A DNA stretch of 64,000 nt, from the NCBI RefSeq assembly GCF_009914755.1, contig NC_060931.1; one strand, 5' to 3'. Source of the DNA: the human T2T-CHM13v2.0 reference genome, Homo sapiens. The notes under the pieces are model-generated. The model was not told where the DNA came from, searched no databases, and saw only the letters and a program-made list of their open reading frames with translations. Made by a program: the position numbers and the translations under genes. Shown one piece after another: positions 38,709 to 56,185 of this stretch (position 1 is the stretch's first letter; each line of letters starts with the position of its first letter).

Positions 38709-40247
38709 TTCTCTCTGCTGGCCCACACTACGTCTGACTATGAGATATGACTTGAGAGAATGGATAGAAAATTTGGCTTATTAGGCTAGGCGTGGTGGCT
38801 CACACCTGTAATCCCAGCACTTTGGGAGACCAAGACAGGAGGATTACTTGGGCTCAGGAGTTTGAGACTGTCCTGGGCAACTTGGTGAGACCCTATCTTT
38901 ATTTTTAGAAAATAATAACAATTTTTATTAGAATTTTTTTAATTTGGTTTATTTTAAATGGGTAAGGGCAGGGTCTCTTGTATTCTTGGCAGACCCCTGG
39001 TGAGGCACTTGACACTTTGTTTAATCCTTTTGGCAATCTTATGTGGTAGGATTTATTGACCCTATTTTGCAGAGAAGGAAAACTGAGGATCAAGGGCACT
39101 TTAGGTGACCTGTGTACGTTGCAAAAATAGCAAATGATGAATTTGGATTCAAACCCACTGTATCTGGCTCATATGCCCATGCCCCTTCTATGTCACCATT
39201 CCATCCCTTCATGGTGGGCTGCCAAGAGGGAGGCATGAGCCATTGCACCCGGCCACTTTTCCATTTAAGAAAAAAGACATTACTCTGCTCCCTCCAAACC
39301 GCCTTCAAGGATAAAATTGAGAGCAAGCAAGCAAAGAAAACAAAACAAAACAAAACAAAAACAAAAAACAGAGCAATGTGTGTTCAGCAATAAATATATT
39401 AGCACCTGCGAGGTCCATTCCTGGTTAATTTCTTGATTAAAAGAAGTCAGAGGCCAGACGCGGCAGCTCAAGCCTGTAATCCCAGCACTTTGGGAGGCCG
39501 ATACAGGCAGATCGCTTGAGGCTAGGTGTTTGAGACCAGCCTGGGCAACATAACGAGGCCCCGTTTCTACAAAAAATTAGCCAGGTGTGGTGCATCCCTG
39601 TACTCCCAGTTACTTAGGAGGCTGAGCCAGGAGAATCGCCTGAGCCCAGGAAGCTGAGGCTGCAGTGAGCTAGGATTGCACTGCTGCACTCCAGCCTGGG
39701 TGACAGACAGAAACCTTGTCTCAAAAAAAAAAAAAAGGAAGCCAGAGACCTCAGTGATCAGAACTGGCAACAGCTGTATTTTTCTCTGCGCCTGTCTTCG
39801 AGAGGAGCAGTGGTAAAAAGATATAGTTGGGTGGAAATGGATTTGAACGAAAGTCAAGCTTAATTCCCAGGAGAAACAGTTTTCAGAGAGGAGAGTGCTG
39901 CAGTGTCGTGAGAAGTGATGGGTGATGATAGTGGAGCCCCAGGGTGCATCTAAGTTTGGATCCACATTTAAGGACAACACAATTTCCTTGAGTATCTGCA
40001 GCAGACAGTGCCGGCCAGCCGGGTTTGGGACAGAAAAGATGGAGCCTGTGGCGCTGGCTTCCCTGGCTCCTAAAATAAAGGCCAAGTTCTCCATTCCTCT
40101 GCTGAAAGCGAAGTGTCTGCACGTGGACGAGGACCAGAGATCTGGAAACCCCTGGAAATGAATTCAGAATAAAACCCAGCTTGAGGCCAGGCATGGTGGG
40201 TCACGCCTGTAATCCCACCACTTTGGGAGGCCAAGGAGGGTGGATCA

Positions 40248-40574
<327 letters not shown>

Positions 40575-40743
40575 TCAAATTATCTGCCTATTGTACTAAT
40601 AAGTTATTAAAAGTCCCAGAAATCCCAGTATGGATTCAGGCCTCACATCTAAGGTTGCAGGCAGCCAAAAGGTATTTGTTTTCTAGATCGTATGTCTTCA
40701 GCTTTGATCCCAGATGCTGGAGCTTCTTAAGAGCTGGCACTAG

Positions 40744-41058
<315 letters not shown>

Positions 41059-41356
41059 TAGATGAAGAAATTGGGGTGCAGCATGGGGAAGAGATCTGCC
41101 CACATGGCACGGGCGCGAACACACCTACTGATGAATGCTCATTGCTGGTTTCTTTTTTTTCTTCTTTTCTTGCTTGCTTTCAATTTTATCCTTGAAGGTG
41201 GCTTGGAGGGAGCAGGGGAATGTCTTTTTTTCAAGTGGAACAGTGGCTACATGTGGTGGCTCACACCTGTAACACTTTTGGGGGCCAAGATGGGAGGATC
41301 ATTGAAGGCCAAGAGTTCAAGACCAGCATAGGCAACATAGCAAGACCTTGTCTCTA

Positions 41357-41533
<177 letters not shown>

Positions 41534-41563
41534 TTAAATTAAAAATTTAAAAAGGAAAAGTTT

Positions 41564-41674
41564 GGCTGGTCTGAAGGTAGTGAGTTATCTCAATTGATTG
41601 TGCATGGTCAGTTACAGATCAAAATCCTTGTTCCACTCTTCCCCCCACCCTTCTCATTACTGCACTTAGTCTTT
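41564..41674 (+). pseudogene. Y1 RNA (RNY1) retrocopy
   Basis: ggctggtctgaaggtagtgagttatctcaattgattg...gtcagttacagatc...ccttgttccactctt...cttctcattactgcactt..agtcttt closely matches hY1 RNA end to end, followed by an A-rich tail. Confidence 0.9.
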
Positions 41675-42162
41675 AAAAAAGAGAGAGAGAAATGGAAAAG
41701 CTCATCGCTATTTCGAAATCACCGCTAACTCTCAAGGCAGAGAGCCAAGAGTCACATCTCTGCAAAGTGTCCATGGGATCAAAGAATAAGCTCTGATCAT
41801 CTATCAGGATGGATTTGGCTGGAAGAGAAGCAGAGCCCAGAGGTCTCTGTAACATAGGGAGGGAACGTCATAGTTTTTAAGGTATTTTTACATGATTCCA
41901 CTTAAGTTCATATAATTCTCCCAGCAACCTGCCAAGGAGGCTACTGTCATCTCAACTTCAGAGAGGAGGCAGTTGAAGCTGCATTGGCCTCAGAAGTGCC
42001 TCCCCATCCCAGGACACACAGGGGGATGTGGCTGGACCAGGACTTGGGTCCACTGGATGCTCCACTCCATCTCCTGGGACTCCAGAGGGTATGTGGTGAC
42101 CTGGGCCAGATGCCCCATGCCCCATGCCTGATGCCTGTGCTGCTGTGTCTTGACCCCCCCAG

Positions 42163-42306
42163 ACACTCACTGTGAAGAAGGATGATATCCAGCAGATGAA
42201 CCCACCCAAATTCTACCAGGCCAGTGACATGGCAGACATGACCTTCCTGAATGAGGCCAGTGTCCTAGACAATCTGCGCCAACGCTACACCAACATGAGG
42301 ATCTAT
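42163..42306 (+). CDS. MYH16: MYH16 coding exon 2 (144 nt)
   Basis: [48 protein letters not shown]; AG/GT boundaries, phase 0. Confidence 0.95.
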
Positions 42307-42635
42307 GTGAGTGCCAGGGATGGGGTGAGTGGGGGGAGGAAGGAGTGGCTGTAGATCTTCTGCTTTTCTTTTGTTGAGGAGGGGGTTGGCTACTCCACCC
42401 TCCCCAGCTCCCAGTACACATTATGACTTAGACAAAGGCACAGGGACCACGTTTCTGACATGTTAGAATTTCCACCCAAAGCCTTCGGCATCTCAGTAAT
42501 GGCACCATCTCCGTGAGCAGCTTTTGCTGAGGCTGTCACCCGAAAATCTTCCTCCTCATGTTCCTCCCCTCTTCCTCAAACTCTCAAATCAAAACATCAT
42601 TTTTCCCCTAGTGACTTCATGTGCCATTATTAGAA

Positions 42636-43125
42636 GTCCATCCATCCATCTATCCATTCATCCATCTATCCATTCATTCATCCATCCATCCATCCATCCA
42701 TTCATCCATCTATCCATTCGTTCATCCATCCATCCATCCAAACATCCATCCATCCAAACATTCATCCATCCAAACATTTATCCATCCAAACATCCATCCA
42801 TCCATCCAAGTATCTATCCATCCATCCAAACATCTATCCATCAACCCAAACATCCAAACATTCATCCATCCATCCATCCATCCATCCAAACATCTATCCG
42901 TCAATCTATTCATCCACCTATCCAAACATCGATCCATACATATATACGTCCAAACATCTATCCATCAGTCCAAACATCCAAACATTCGTCCACCTATCCA
43001 AACATCCATCCATCCATCAACCAAACATCCATCCATCCATCCACTCATCCACCCATCCAAACATCCAAATATCCATCCATTCATTCATTAATCAAAACAC
43101 TCATCCACCCATCCATCCAACAAAC
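42636..43125 (+). repeat. ~490-nt degenerate (TCCA)n / CATCCAAA repeat
   Basis: Tetranucleotide TCCA array with TCTA, TTCA and AAAC variants. Confidence 0.93.
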
Positions 43126-44392
43126 ATTGAGGAAATGTGACTTGTAGCCTGAGGCACTTAGGAAGGACAACCAACTGCATCCTTGAAGAAATTCAGTTTC
43201 ACTTTGTCTGACATGATGACCAGAGTGAGTTACAATCAGTCCCCTGAGTGTCTTTGAAATCTTAAGACAGAAAGATGATTTCCTGAAGGTGTTGCAGCTT
43301 AACTCCCAAAATGGGTTGTCTAAGGACGTGTTGGTGTTTGCCTCTCTAGATGTCTTTATTTAAAAGGAAAGAGGCTTATCTGGTAGGAATAGGTGAGGTG
43401 CAGCCTGACTCCCAGGTCAGGAGCTGCTGGGGGTTCCCCTTCCCTGGGTCTATGGTTATAGTCAAGAGGGCTTCTGTGACCCCAGATTCATCCTCCTTTA
43501 ATACTACTACTGTGGTTCTAGATTCAGGCCCCAGTAGTACCATAGCCCCAGGTGTTGCTGGAAGGTCTCTGAAATCTCTTGAAGATATTTGCTAGGTCTG
43601 GAAGTTAGCAGGGCATCCTTGAACCCCAGGTCTAGAAAGAGCCACACCCACCCCCGGCTGAACCTAGAGCCTGGGCTGAGAATGTCAAGGTACAGGCTCA
43701 AAGGTCAAGCTCAGGACCAGGGCTTACCTGGGGCTGCTCTGCCCGCAAGCCCTTGTTCCTCCTGGGTGACCACATCATGACTTTGGGCCAAGGGACTGCA
43801 GGCTTTGTGGAGTATAGCCTGAGAGACCAGGGCAGGGAGTCCCCTCCTACATTAAAGCGCCTCAATAGAGCCACTAATGCAACAACTCTAGCTGGCAAGG
43901 GCTGCTCCCATGATCCCAGCTGCTTCTCTCTCAATTCCTCCTGACCACAGCAGGGAGGTAACTGGCTTCCAGGATGCTGTCTGCCCCCACCCCACGGCTG
44001 AGACAGGCTGGAGGGGAAGAGTGACTCCATGGCTGGTGTCCCAGGATGAGACACTGTGTGTCATACTCTCAGCTGTTCCACTGGGTTTCCTTCATCGTCT
44101 CTTTGCCTTTTTTCCTGTGGATCAGTTTGTACTTAATAAGTTTCCTTTTGAAAATTCAACATATCCCAGTTATGCTAAGGAGGAGCTGGTGGCAGGGACA
44201 GGGGTGGATAGGGAGCAGTTATTCTTACTTGGTTCAAAATGGAAGGGTTTAAAGTTGAACTGAAACCAAGTACTTGGTGGATGCTTTAGAGGTCAATGTG
44301 ACTGTCCAGCAAGGAGAAGAGAAATTTAAGATTCATAGATTTGGCCATTTCCTGTCTTCACTCATTCTTCCTGCTCTTAATTTATTTAATGA

Positions 44393-44647
<255 letters not shown>

Positions 44648-44939
44648 TGATCCGCCTGCCTCAGCCTCCCAAAGTGCTGGGATTACAGGTGTAAGCCACT
44701 GCGCCTGGCCTTTCTGTTCTTTTTTTTAAAACAGGGTGATTTCTTACAAAATTGCAATCTTGGAGTGAAAAGAAAGTTGGGGTCTCTTTTTAAGAGTAGG
44801 TCAAGGCTGGGCGCAGTGGCTCATGCCTGTAATTCCAGCACTTTGGGAGGCCAACGTGGGTGGATTGTTTGAGGACAGGAGTTCATGACAAGCCTGAGCA
44901 ACACGGCAAGACTCCCGTCTCTACAAAAACAATTTTTTA

Positions 44940-45089
<150 letters not shown>

Positions 45090-45252
45090 CTAAAAAAAAA
45101 AAAAGAAAGAAAAGAAAAAAAAAAGAGAAAGAAAGAAAAAAACAGGTAAAAAACAGGTGGTCAAACCCAGCTGCCACAAGTAGGGAACTGCATCCACACA
45201 GTGAAGATTCCACAGCTTTTGAATCACCCCAGAAATTCTCAATAGACTCTCA

Positions 45253-45477
<225 letters not shown>

Positions 45478-45739
45478 TCAAGAGGCTGAGGCAGGAGAAT
45501 TGCTTGAATCTGGGAGGCAGAGGTTGCAGTGAACCCAGATGGCACCATTGCACTCCAGCCTGAGTGACAGAGTGAGACTCCATCCACAAAATATATATAA
45601 ATAAAAAAAACCATGGAAGGGAGTAAAAGAAACTAGCCCAGCATTTACCTGTGGTGAGGGTGGGGGTGGGCATGGAGCAAGTGGAGGGACCTTCTGCAGT
45701 ATATATGTTACCACAGTGACAGTGTTACCTATTCAAATC

Positions 45740-45946
45740 CAGATGGACCCCAACTTACAATGGTTCAAGTTAATGATTTCCAACTTTACGATGGGGCAAA
45801 AGCAATACACATTCAATGCACTCCTCGATTTATGATCAAACCCATCGTATGTTGAAAATATCATAAATCGACTTCCAATACGATATTTTCAACATATGAT
45901 GGGTTTATCTAGATGTGACCCCATCCTAAGTTGAGGAGTGTCTGTA
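45740..45946. mobile_element. Tigger4/MER46-like TcMar MITE fragment
   Basis: cagatggaccccaacttacaatgg...aaacccatcgtatgttgaaaatatc...cctaagttgaggagtgtctgta, with imperfect terminal and internal inverted repeats. Confidence 0.65.
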
Positions 45947-45983
45947 ATTAAACCAAAAGAAAACAAAAACAAATATATATTAA

Positions 45984-46241
<258 letters not shown>

Positions 46242-46478
46242 TAGAGACAGGGTTTCACCATGTTGGTCAGGCTGGTCTCCAACTCCTGACATCAGGTGAT
46301 CCACCTGCCTCGGTCTCCCAAAATGTTGGGATTACAGGCATAAACCACCACACCTGGCAGAAAGCTTGCCTTCTTCACAGCTTGCTCTATGATAAGCTGG
46401 GGCCTGAAGGGAACTCCGCTGGGGGAAGAGGGTACCAGGAGGAAAAATCAGCTGACCATCTTCCCTCCCTCCCACCAG

Positions 46479-46635
46479 ACCTACTCGGGCTTGTTCTGCG
46501 TGACGGTCAACCCCTACAAGTGGCTGCCCATCTACGGGGCCCGTGTGGCTAACATGTACAAGGGCAAGAAGCGCACAGAGATGCCGCCTCACCTCTTCTC
46601 CATCTCTGACAACGCCTACCACGACATGCTCATGG
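46479..46635 (+). CDS. MYH16: MYH16 coding exon 3 (157 nt)
   Basis: [52 protein letters not shown]; AG/GT boundaries. Confidence 0.95.
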
Positions 46636-47008
46636 GTGCGTCGGGGTGGGCTCTGCTGGGGCAGGGGTGGCGGGAGACAAGCCTTCCTTTGCCATTGCGG
46701 CTCCAGACGCATTAAGACCTTGTGATACCCGATCCTAACCCTGACCCTGCACTACCAGTTGAAGTTCTTTGCTAAATTTTGAGCAGCAGCTGCTGCTACC
46801 AGGTGCCAGGGCTCAGTGAGTGTGCTGGGCACTTGCTAGGCACCAGCCCTACCTCACACCCTATCTCATTTAAGTTTCACAAACCCGTGGGATGCCAAGG
46901 TAAGTAGGTAAGTAACTTGCTCAGAGCTCAGTACTCTTAACCATTACCTCTATGATCTTTGCTGCATGTTATAGTGATTCCTCTATGTGATTTTTTTCTT
47001 TATTTTGA

Positions 47009-47287
<279 letters not shown>

Positions 47288-47875
47288 TGATTTTTTTTTT
47301 AAGAGATGGGGTCTTTGTTGCCCAGGCTGGAGTGCAGTGGTGCAATCTTAGCTCACCGCAGTCTAGAACTTCTAGGCCCAAGCAATCCTCCTGCTTCAGC
47401 TTCCTGAGTAGCTGAGACTATAGCAATGCGTCACTATGCCCAGCTAATTTCTTAATGTTTTGTGGAGACAGGGTTTCACCATCTTGCCTAGGCAGGTCTT
47501 AAACTCCTGGGCTCCAGCCTCAGCTTCCCCAAATGCTGGGATTACAGGCATGAGTCATGCTGTCCAGCCCTCTGTGATTTTTGTCCTCATTTCTCTTTAT
47601 GTTGCTTAGGACTGGGTAGCTTTATGGCCACTCTGGGCTGGTAGAAAGAGTGGCTGATAAATTCCTGATCCTTTCTGCAAGGGTGTACACTGCAGGGATG
47701 GGCACGTGGCCACAGATCCCACAGGATCCTGAATTTTGGCCTCCAAGTGTAGCCAAGGCCACGATCTAAGCCGGGTGGAATTTGGGGAAGCGCTGACTGG
47801 CTGGGGCATTGTCGAATGCCTAGTTTCTAAATGTTCCTAATTACACCTTCCTGTTTCTTGTTTTCTTCCCTACAG

Positions 47876-47903
47876 ATCGTGAGAATCAGTCTATGCTAAT
47901 CAC
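47876..47903 (+). CDS. MYH16: MYH16 coding exon 4 (28-nt micro-exon)
   Basis: (D)RENQSMLI(T); long polypyrimidine tract plus tacag, gtaagt donor; not in the ORF track but required for frame continuity. Confidence 0.93.
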
Positions 47904-47968
47904 GTAAGTGTCTCTTCCATCTCTGTCTATACACATATAATTAGATCTGTGTCTTACACATACAATTA

Positions 47969-48537
<569 letters not shown>

Positions 48538-48625
48538 TCAAGCGATTCTGCTGCCTCAGCCTCCTGAGTAGCTGGGATTACAGGCACATGCCACCATGCC
48601 TGGCTACTTTTTGTATTTTTAATAG

Positions 48626-48814
<189 letters not shown>

Positions 48815-48863
48815 TGACCACCCCTCTTCCTGCTTCTCCTGTCCACTTTTTTTCTACCTGCAG

Positions 48864-48960
48864 CGGAGAATCTGGTGCTGGTAAGACTGAGAACACGAAG
48901 AAGGTCATCCAGTACTTTGCCAACATTGGAGGAACTGGCAAACAGACCACAGATAAGAAG
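48864..48960 (+). CDS. MYH16: MYH16 coding exon 5 (97 nt), P-loop and loop 1
   Basis: [32 protein letters not shown]; P-loop GESGAGKT at 48865-48888; AG/GT boundaries. Confidence 0.95.
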
Positions 48961-49330
48961 GTAGAGCCGACCGGGTGGGCCCATATTTCCCGTCTTCAGG
49001 CTTCTGTGACACACACAGTGGTGCCCATTCAATCTTCACAGCTGCTCACAGCTTAGGGCCATTTTACAGATGAAGAGACTGAGGCTTAGAGAGAAGTGAC
49101 TTGGGTGGGGTCACACAGGGAGAAGGTGGCTATAGATCAAGGTCTCCTCCCCGAGGACTTGTTCTGCTGCCCCAGGCCATGTCTGCCTCCAGAAGGACAG
49201 GTAGCAGAGCCCCTTGTTCTTGGCAGAGGAGAAACAGGAAAGTTTGCTGCCTGTTAAGTGGCCTCTGCAGGCCCTGGCTGCCCCAGGGGCACAAAAAGCC
49301 TTAGCTGGGCAGCCAGCTAAGGCAGCTCTA

Positions 49331-49477
<147 letters not shown>

Positions 49478-49978
49478 TTAGCTGGGAGTGGTGGCATGTG
49501 CCTATAGTCCCAGCTACTCAGGGGGCTGAAGTGGGAGGATCACCTGAGCCCAGGAGTTGGAGGCTGCAGTAAGCCGAGATCGTGCCACTGCACTCCAGCC
49601 TGGGCAACAGAACAAAACTGTCTCAAAAAAGGGGTGGGGGGATGTGTAGGGAGGGGTTTCAGACTGCTCAGGGGGCTCTCTGCCAACAGCAAAGTGAGGA
49701 AACAGTAGCTAGGGATCAAGTCCAAGTGGCTGCCCGTGTCCCCAGGTGCCCCTCCCAGTGTCACGGAGCCACAGAGGGACAGACACTCAGGCAGTGGCCC
49801 TCGTCCCAGGTTACTACATGTAGCCCCTCTGGCCCTGATTTTCTGGCCACCCCAAGGCCATTCTCCTCCTGGGTTCCCAGCACATGAGCCACTGTCATTT
49901 GCAAGCCCAGTCCCTCAGCCCTGGGCTCCCAGGCAGCAGCCAACTGGTCAACTGACTTTGGGTTTCTTTCTGCATCAG

Positions 49979-50071
49979 GGGTCTCTGGAGGATCAAGTCA
50001 TCCAGGCAAACCCCGTGCTGGAGGCCTTTGGGAACGCCAAGACCACCAGGAACAACAACTCCTCTCGCTTC
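49979..50071 (+). CDS. MYH16: MYH16 coding exon 6 (93 nt), switch I
   Basis: [31 protein letters not shown]; gtaagt donor. Confidence 0.95.
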
Positions 50072-51697
50072 GTAAGTGTGGGAACCACATGAGAGGCCCC
50101 CTGGCTGGTGGGACAGGGGTCACGACCCCGCCCCAGGTAAAGAAATGGAGGCTGGTTTAAATTAAGGTGAAAGGGGTGGGACAAGTGAAGACATCCCCTT
50201 CCCAGAGATGTTGAAGGCACAGCAATCAGAATCAAATTGGCAACGAGGAAAAACTAATTCAAAAGACAAATAATCCCTCGTGGAATTCAGCTCAAGGTTT
50301 GAAGACTCTTCCTAGCCAGTCCAATTGGCCTCAACACCAAGAACTACAAATTGCAAATTTAACAGGTCATTTTGTATCAAAAGATCAATTATGAAGCATC
50401 TAGAATTTTTCAATTGTGCGAAAACATTCTCTGGGTTCTGCAGAGACCCAGACAGGGTTAACTTTTTTTTGTTTTGATTTGTTTCCCCCTCAGAAATTGG
50501 TTTTCTTTGATGTACCCAAGTGTTACATTTCTCAATAAAGAAAAGAAAATCTCCATTAGCATAAAAGAAGGAGGCTGGGCACAGTGGCACACTCCTGTAA
50601 TCCCAGCACTTTGGGAAGCCAAGGCAGGAGGATCCCTTGAGCCCAGGAGTTTGAGACCAGCCTCGGCAACAGAGCGAGACCACCCGCCATCTCTATAAAA
50701 AATAAAAATTAGCCGGGCATGGCCATGCCTGCCTGTAGTCCCAGCTACTTAGGAGGCTAAGGTGGGAGGATCACCTGAGCCCAGGAAGTCAAGGTTGCAA
50801 TGAGCTGAGATTATGCCACTGCACTCCAGCCTGGGCAACAGAGTAAGACCCCCTATCTCAGGGGGGATAAAAAGCATCTAATCAGCAAACAGAACCCTCT
50901 TTAGTATTAATATTTAAGTCAAGCAGCTTTGATACAGAACCTTGGCAACAGTGATGGTGGAGGGGCTGGGAGGTCACCTGGGGAGACAGATTCACAGCAG
51001 CGAGAAGCTGCAACCTCCTTCCAGGCTGGAGGGACATAAGAGAGGTGCTGTCCTAGGGTCCTAGTGGGTTCTTAAACCAGTGCAGCTGTCTGGCGGGAGC
51101 TGTAGTCACAGAGGCACCCAGCACCACCTGAGACGCCAACTTGAGAGGAGCAATGCCCTGGCCTCGTCTCCCTCACTCCCGGGTCTCGGGCTTCCCATTG
51201 GCAGAGCCCAGTGAGCTTGCACAGAGCCTGGGAAAACAGGGCTGGCGGGGGGTGAGGGGAGGAACAGAGGTGAGTACAGACAGGCCCAGGAGCAGCCGAG
51301 GTAGAGAGAGATAGAGAGTCCTGTTTCCGGAAGAATTTATTGATGGCTGTACCATGCAAGCCAGAGAGAGGAATGACATGGAAGGCTCCCGATAAAGAGG
51401 CATGGGAGGTCCTCCAAATTCCCATGGTGCCTGGTCTCTATGCAGAATTCCAAAGGGTAGCAGCCCTCCTGCTGGGACTTCTCTCCCCTACAAATGCCCC
51501 AAACCACAGACCCTAGATTTAGCTCTGAGACCTGTCCGTGTGTTTCTCTATCTTCGTGGGAAATCCGATACTCCAATAGAGCCCGGTTACATCCCCGCAG
51601 GCCCCGATCAGCAACCCTTGGCCAACTCTGGGCCACTTACTGGTCTAAAGCTGTGGACGACCTCCCTCCTGATCCCTCCCCTCTCTTCCCTGCTCAG

Positions 51698-51761
51698 GGC
51701 AAGTTCATCCGAATCCACTTTGGAACCACAGGGAAACTGGCTGGAGCCGACACAGAGAGCT
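51698..51761 (+). CDS. MYH16: MYH16 coding exon 7 (64 nt)
   Basis: GKFIRIHFGTTGKLAGADTES(Y); AG/GTAAGT boundaries. Confidence 0.95.
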
Positions 51762-51849
51762 GTAAGTCAGGCCCTCCTTGGAGGGTTTGTCTGTGCAGCT
51801 ACATAATCTGTGAGGCCTGGTGCAACATGAAAATGAGGGGCTCTTCTTA

Positions 51850-52002
<153 letters not shown>

Positions 52003-52104
52003 TTAGCCTGGCATGGTGGTACATGCCTGTAGTCCCAGCTACTCAGGAGGCTAAGGCAAGAGGATCACTTGAGCCCAGGAGTTAGAGGCTGCAGTGAACA
52101 GTCA

Positions 52105-52317
<213 letters not shown>

Positions 52318-52611
52318 CTAAAAATAATAATAATAATAAAGGAATTTTGAAACAGCAACAGAGGAGCATCAAGCCAAGTGGGAGGTCCTTCTGATTGCAG
52401 CCTGTTGGTGCCCAGGAGGCTGGCCCCGTTCCCAGGACTCCCCCCGTGGCAGTCAGGTCCCCGGAGGCTGCGTGTCTGGGAAGAGCGAAGCGTGGGGCTC
52501 ACCACTGGTGACTGTTCTGGGCTTTATGGAGAGGAGATTCCTGCTTTGTATGGAGCCCTGAACTCCAGGGAAACAGCTGTGTACTCACCAGGATCTTCAC
52601 TTCTTTTTCAG

Positions 52612-53174
<563 letters not shown>

Positions 53175-53934
53175 TTACAGGGAACTTTCTCAAAGTTCTA
53201 TTTGCACATCTCATCCTCATAGTAGCCAGATGAGGACCACTGTGGGCCCATTTCACAGATGAAGCTTTGAGTACCTGCAAAATCTGGGATATAAAACTGA
53301 GATGTGAGGCTTTAAACCCTTTATGTCTGCCACCTGCTGCCTCTGAGTCTGATACTCGGGCACCAGCACAGGGATCAGCCCAAGACCATGATCAGCTCTG
53401 CCAGTGCTTGCATGCAGTCCCAGCAGGCTCTCCTCTTGGTAGACACAGCCCACACCAGGCACACAGCTCAGAAAGTGGAGTACACTCACCCACTCAACTG
53501 GATGCCCTTGTGCAGGCACCAACATGCTCAACTGTCCACGGCAGACCTGCCCAGACATAAAGTGGGAGGAGGGATGAAGACTCAGTCTTACACACACACA
53601 CCTCCTAACCCAGCCAGAAATAAGGGCATTGAGTACCATTCCCCACCCACAGGTGGGCTTTATTTGTTTGGACAAAGTATACTTTTAAATTAACAACATT
53701 TTGAAATTGGGAGACTTCACATAAAAATGCAATTTCCAGCCAGGTGCAGTGGCTCATATCTGTAATCCCAGCACTTTGGGAGGCAAAGGCAGGAGGATCG
53801 CTTGAGCCCAGGAGTTTGAGACCAGCCTGGGCAACTTAGCAAGACCCTGTCTCTACAAAAACTAAAAAAATGGCTGGGCGCAATGGCTCACACATGTAAT
53901 CCCAGTACTTTGGGAGGCCAAGGCAGGCAGATCA

Positions 53935-54219
<285 letters not shown>

Positions 54220-54266
54220 CTACTCAGGAGGCTGAGGCAGGCAGATCACTTAAGCCCAGGAGTTCA

Positions 54267-54401
<135 letters not shown>

Positions 54402-54466
54402 TTAGAGATGGCAGAGAAGAAAACCACATGTCACCAAGGGTTAACCTGCTTTGCTATTCTTGGCAG

Positions 54467-54570
54467 AGAGTTTGCTGCTGGTCCCCAACCCTAAGGAATA
54501 CCACTGGGTGAGCCAAGGCGTCACCACTGTGGACAACATGGATGACAAGGAGGAGCTGCAGATCACAGAT
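54467..54570 (+). CDS. MYH16: MYH16 coding exon 9 (104 nt)
   Basis: (E)SLLLVPNPKEYHWVSQGVTTVDNMDDKEELQITD; gtgagt donor. Confidence 0.94.
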
Positions 54571-55353
54571 GTGAGTGGGCGGGCAGAGCTGGCACAGGAC
54601 GGGAAGAAGCCTTGGGACTCTGCATGCATGGCCACTAGAACTGGGGTGGCAGTGGGGACAGGAGCCCACTTAGAGCTGCCAGACAGCTGCCCAGATCTTC
54701 CCTGGAGATTTCTGGGGTTGCGATCAGCATTTTATTCCAAGCCCATTTTAGCAAGCCAAGTTTCTCTTTGCAGAGTCGAACTAGAATTCCATGGGGACTT
54801 CAGGGGCCTTCAACCCCATGCAACTTTTCCTCCTCCCCAGCCCAGCTAGAAGTGACTCTGTCATTCTCCCAGTCCCCAACACACTCTCTGGCTCCTCTTA
54901 TGACACTAAGCACTCACAACTTCTGTTAGGATTATTTGTGTACTAGGTTCTCTCTCCTCTTGGACAACAGAATCGATTCCTGATTTATCTTTGCCTTCCC
55001 CTCACCTAGTACCTGGCATGAAGCCTTAACAATAATAATAGTGCCAGGCACAGTAGCTTACACCTGTAATCCCAGTGCTTTGGAAGGCTGAGGCAGGAGA
55101 ATTGCTTGAGTCCAGGAGTTTGAGACCAGCCTAGGCAACATACTAAGATCCCGTCTCTGCAAAAAAAAAAAAAAAAAAAAAAAAATTTAAATTTGAAAAT
55201 TAGCTGGGTGTGATGGCAAGCACCTGTTATGATAACCAGCTACTCAGAAGGCTAAAGTGGGAGGATCACTTGAGCCCAGGAGTTCTAGGCTACAATCAGC
55301 CATGATCATGCCACCGCACTCTAGCCTGGGCAACAAAGTAAGACCCTATCTCA

Positions 55354-55827
<474 letters not shown>

Positions 55828-56185
55828 CTATCTCAAAAAATAATAAAATAACAATACTAATACCTCCCTTTCTTGAGCACTTACTATGTGCCAAGCACTG
55901 GACTAAACATTGTCACATCATTCTGATCTATCCTTATCATCATCATTTTGCAGATGACGAAACAGAAGCCAGAGAGGTTACTGTAAATAAATGAAATGAC
56001 TATATTGCAGAACATCTGATCTGGGCCCCTTGGAGAACTCTCCCTGTTCAGGGGGTGTCCAACTCCAGCGTCCATGCCCTGCCGCAGTGGCCCTTCGGCA
56101 TGGCCCCAGTGTGGCAGTCCCATGGCCTCCACTATGTGGAATGAGAGGCCAGGAGTCACATGACTTTGTCTCTGTTGCTTTGCAG

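Noticed and set aside
42524-43147. 207-aa and 156-aa His/Pro/Ser/Ile ORFs
   Set aside because: Translations of the (TCCA)n repeat.
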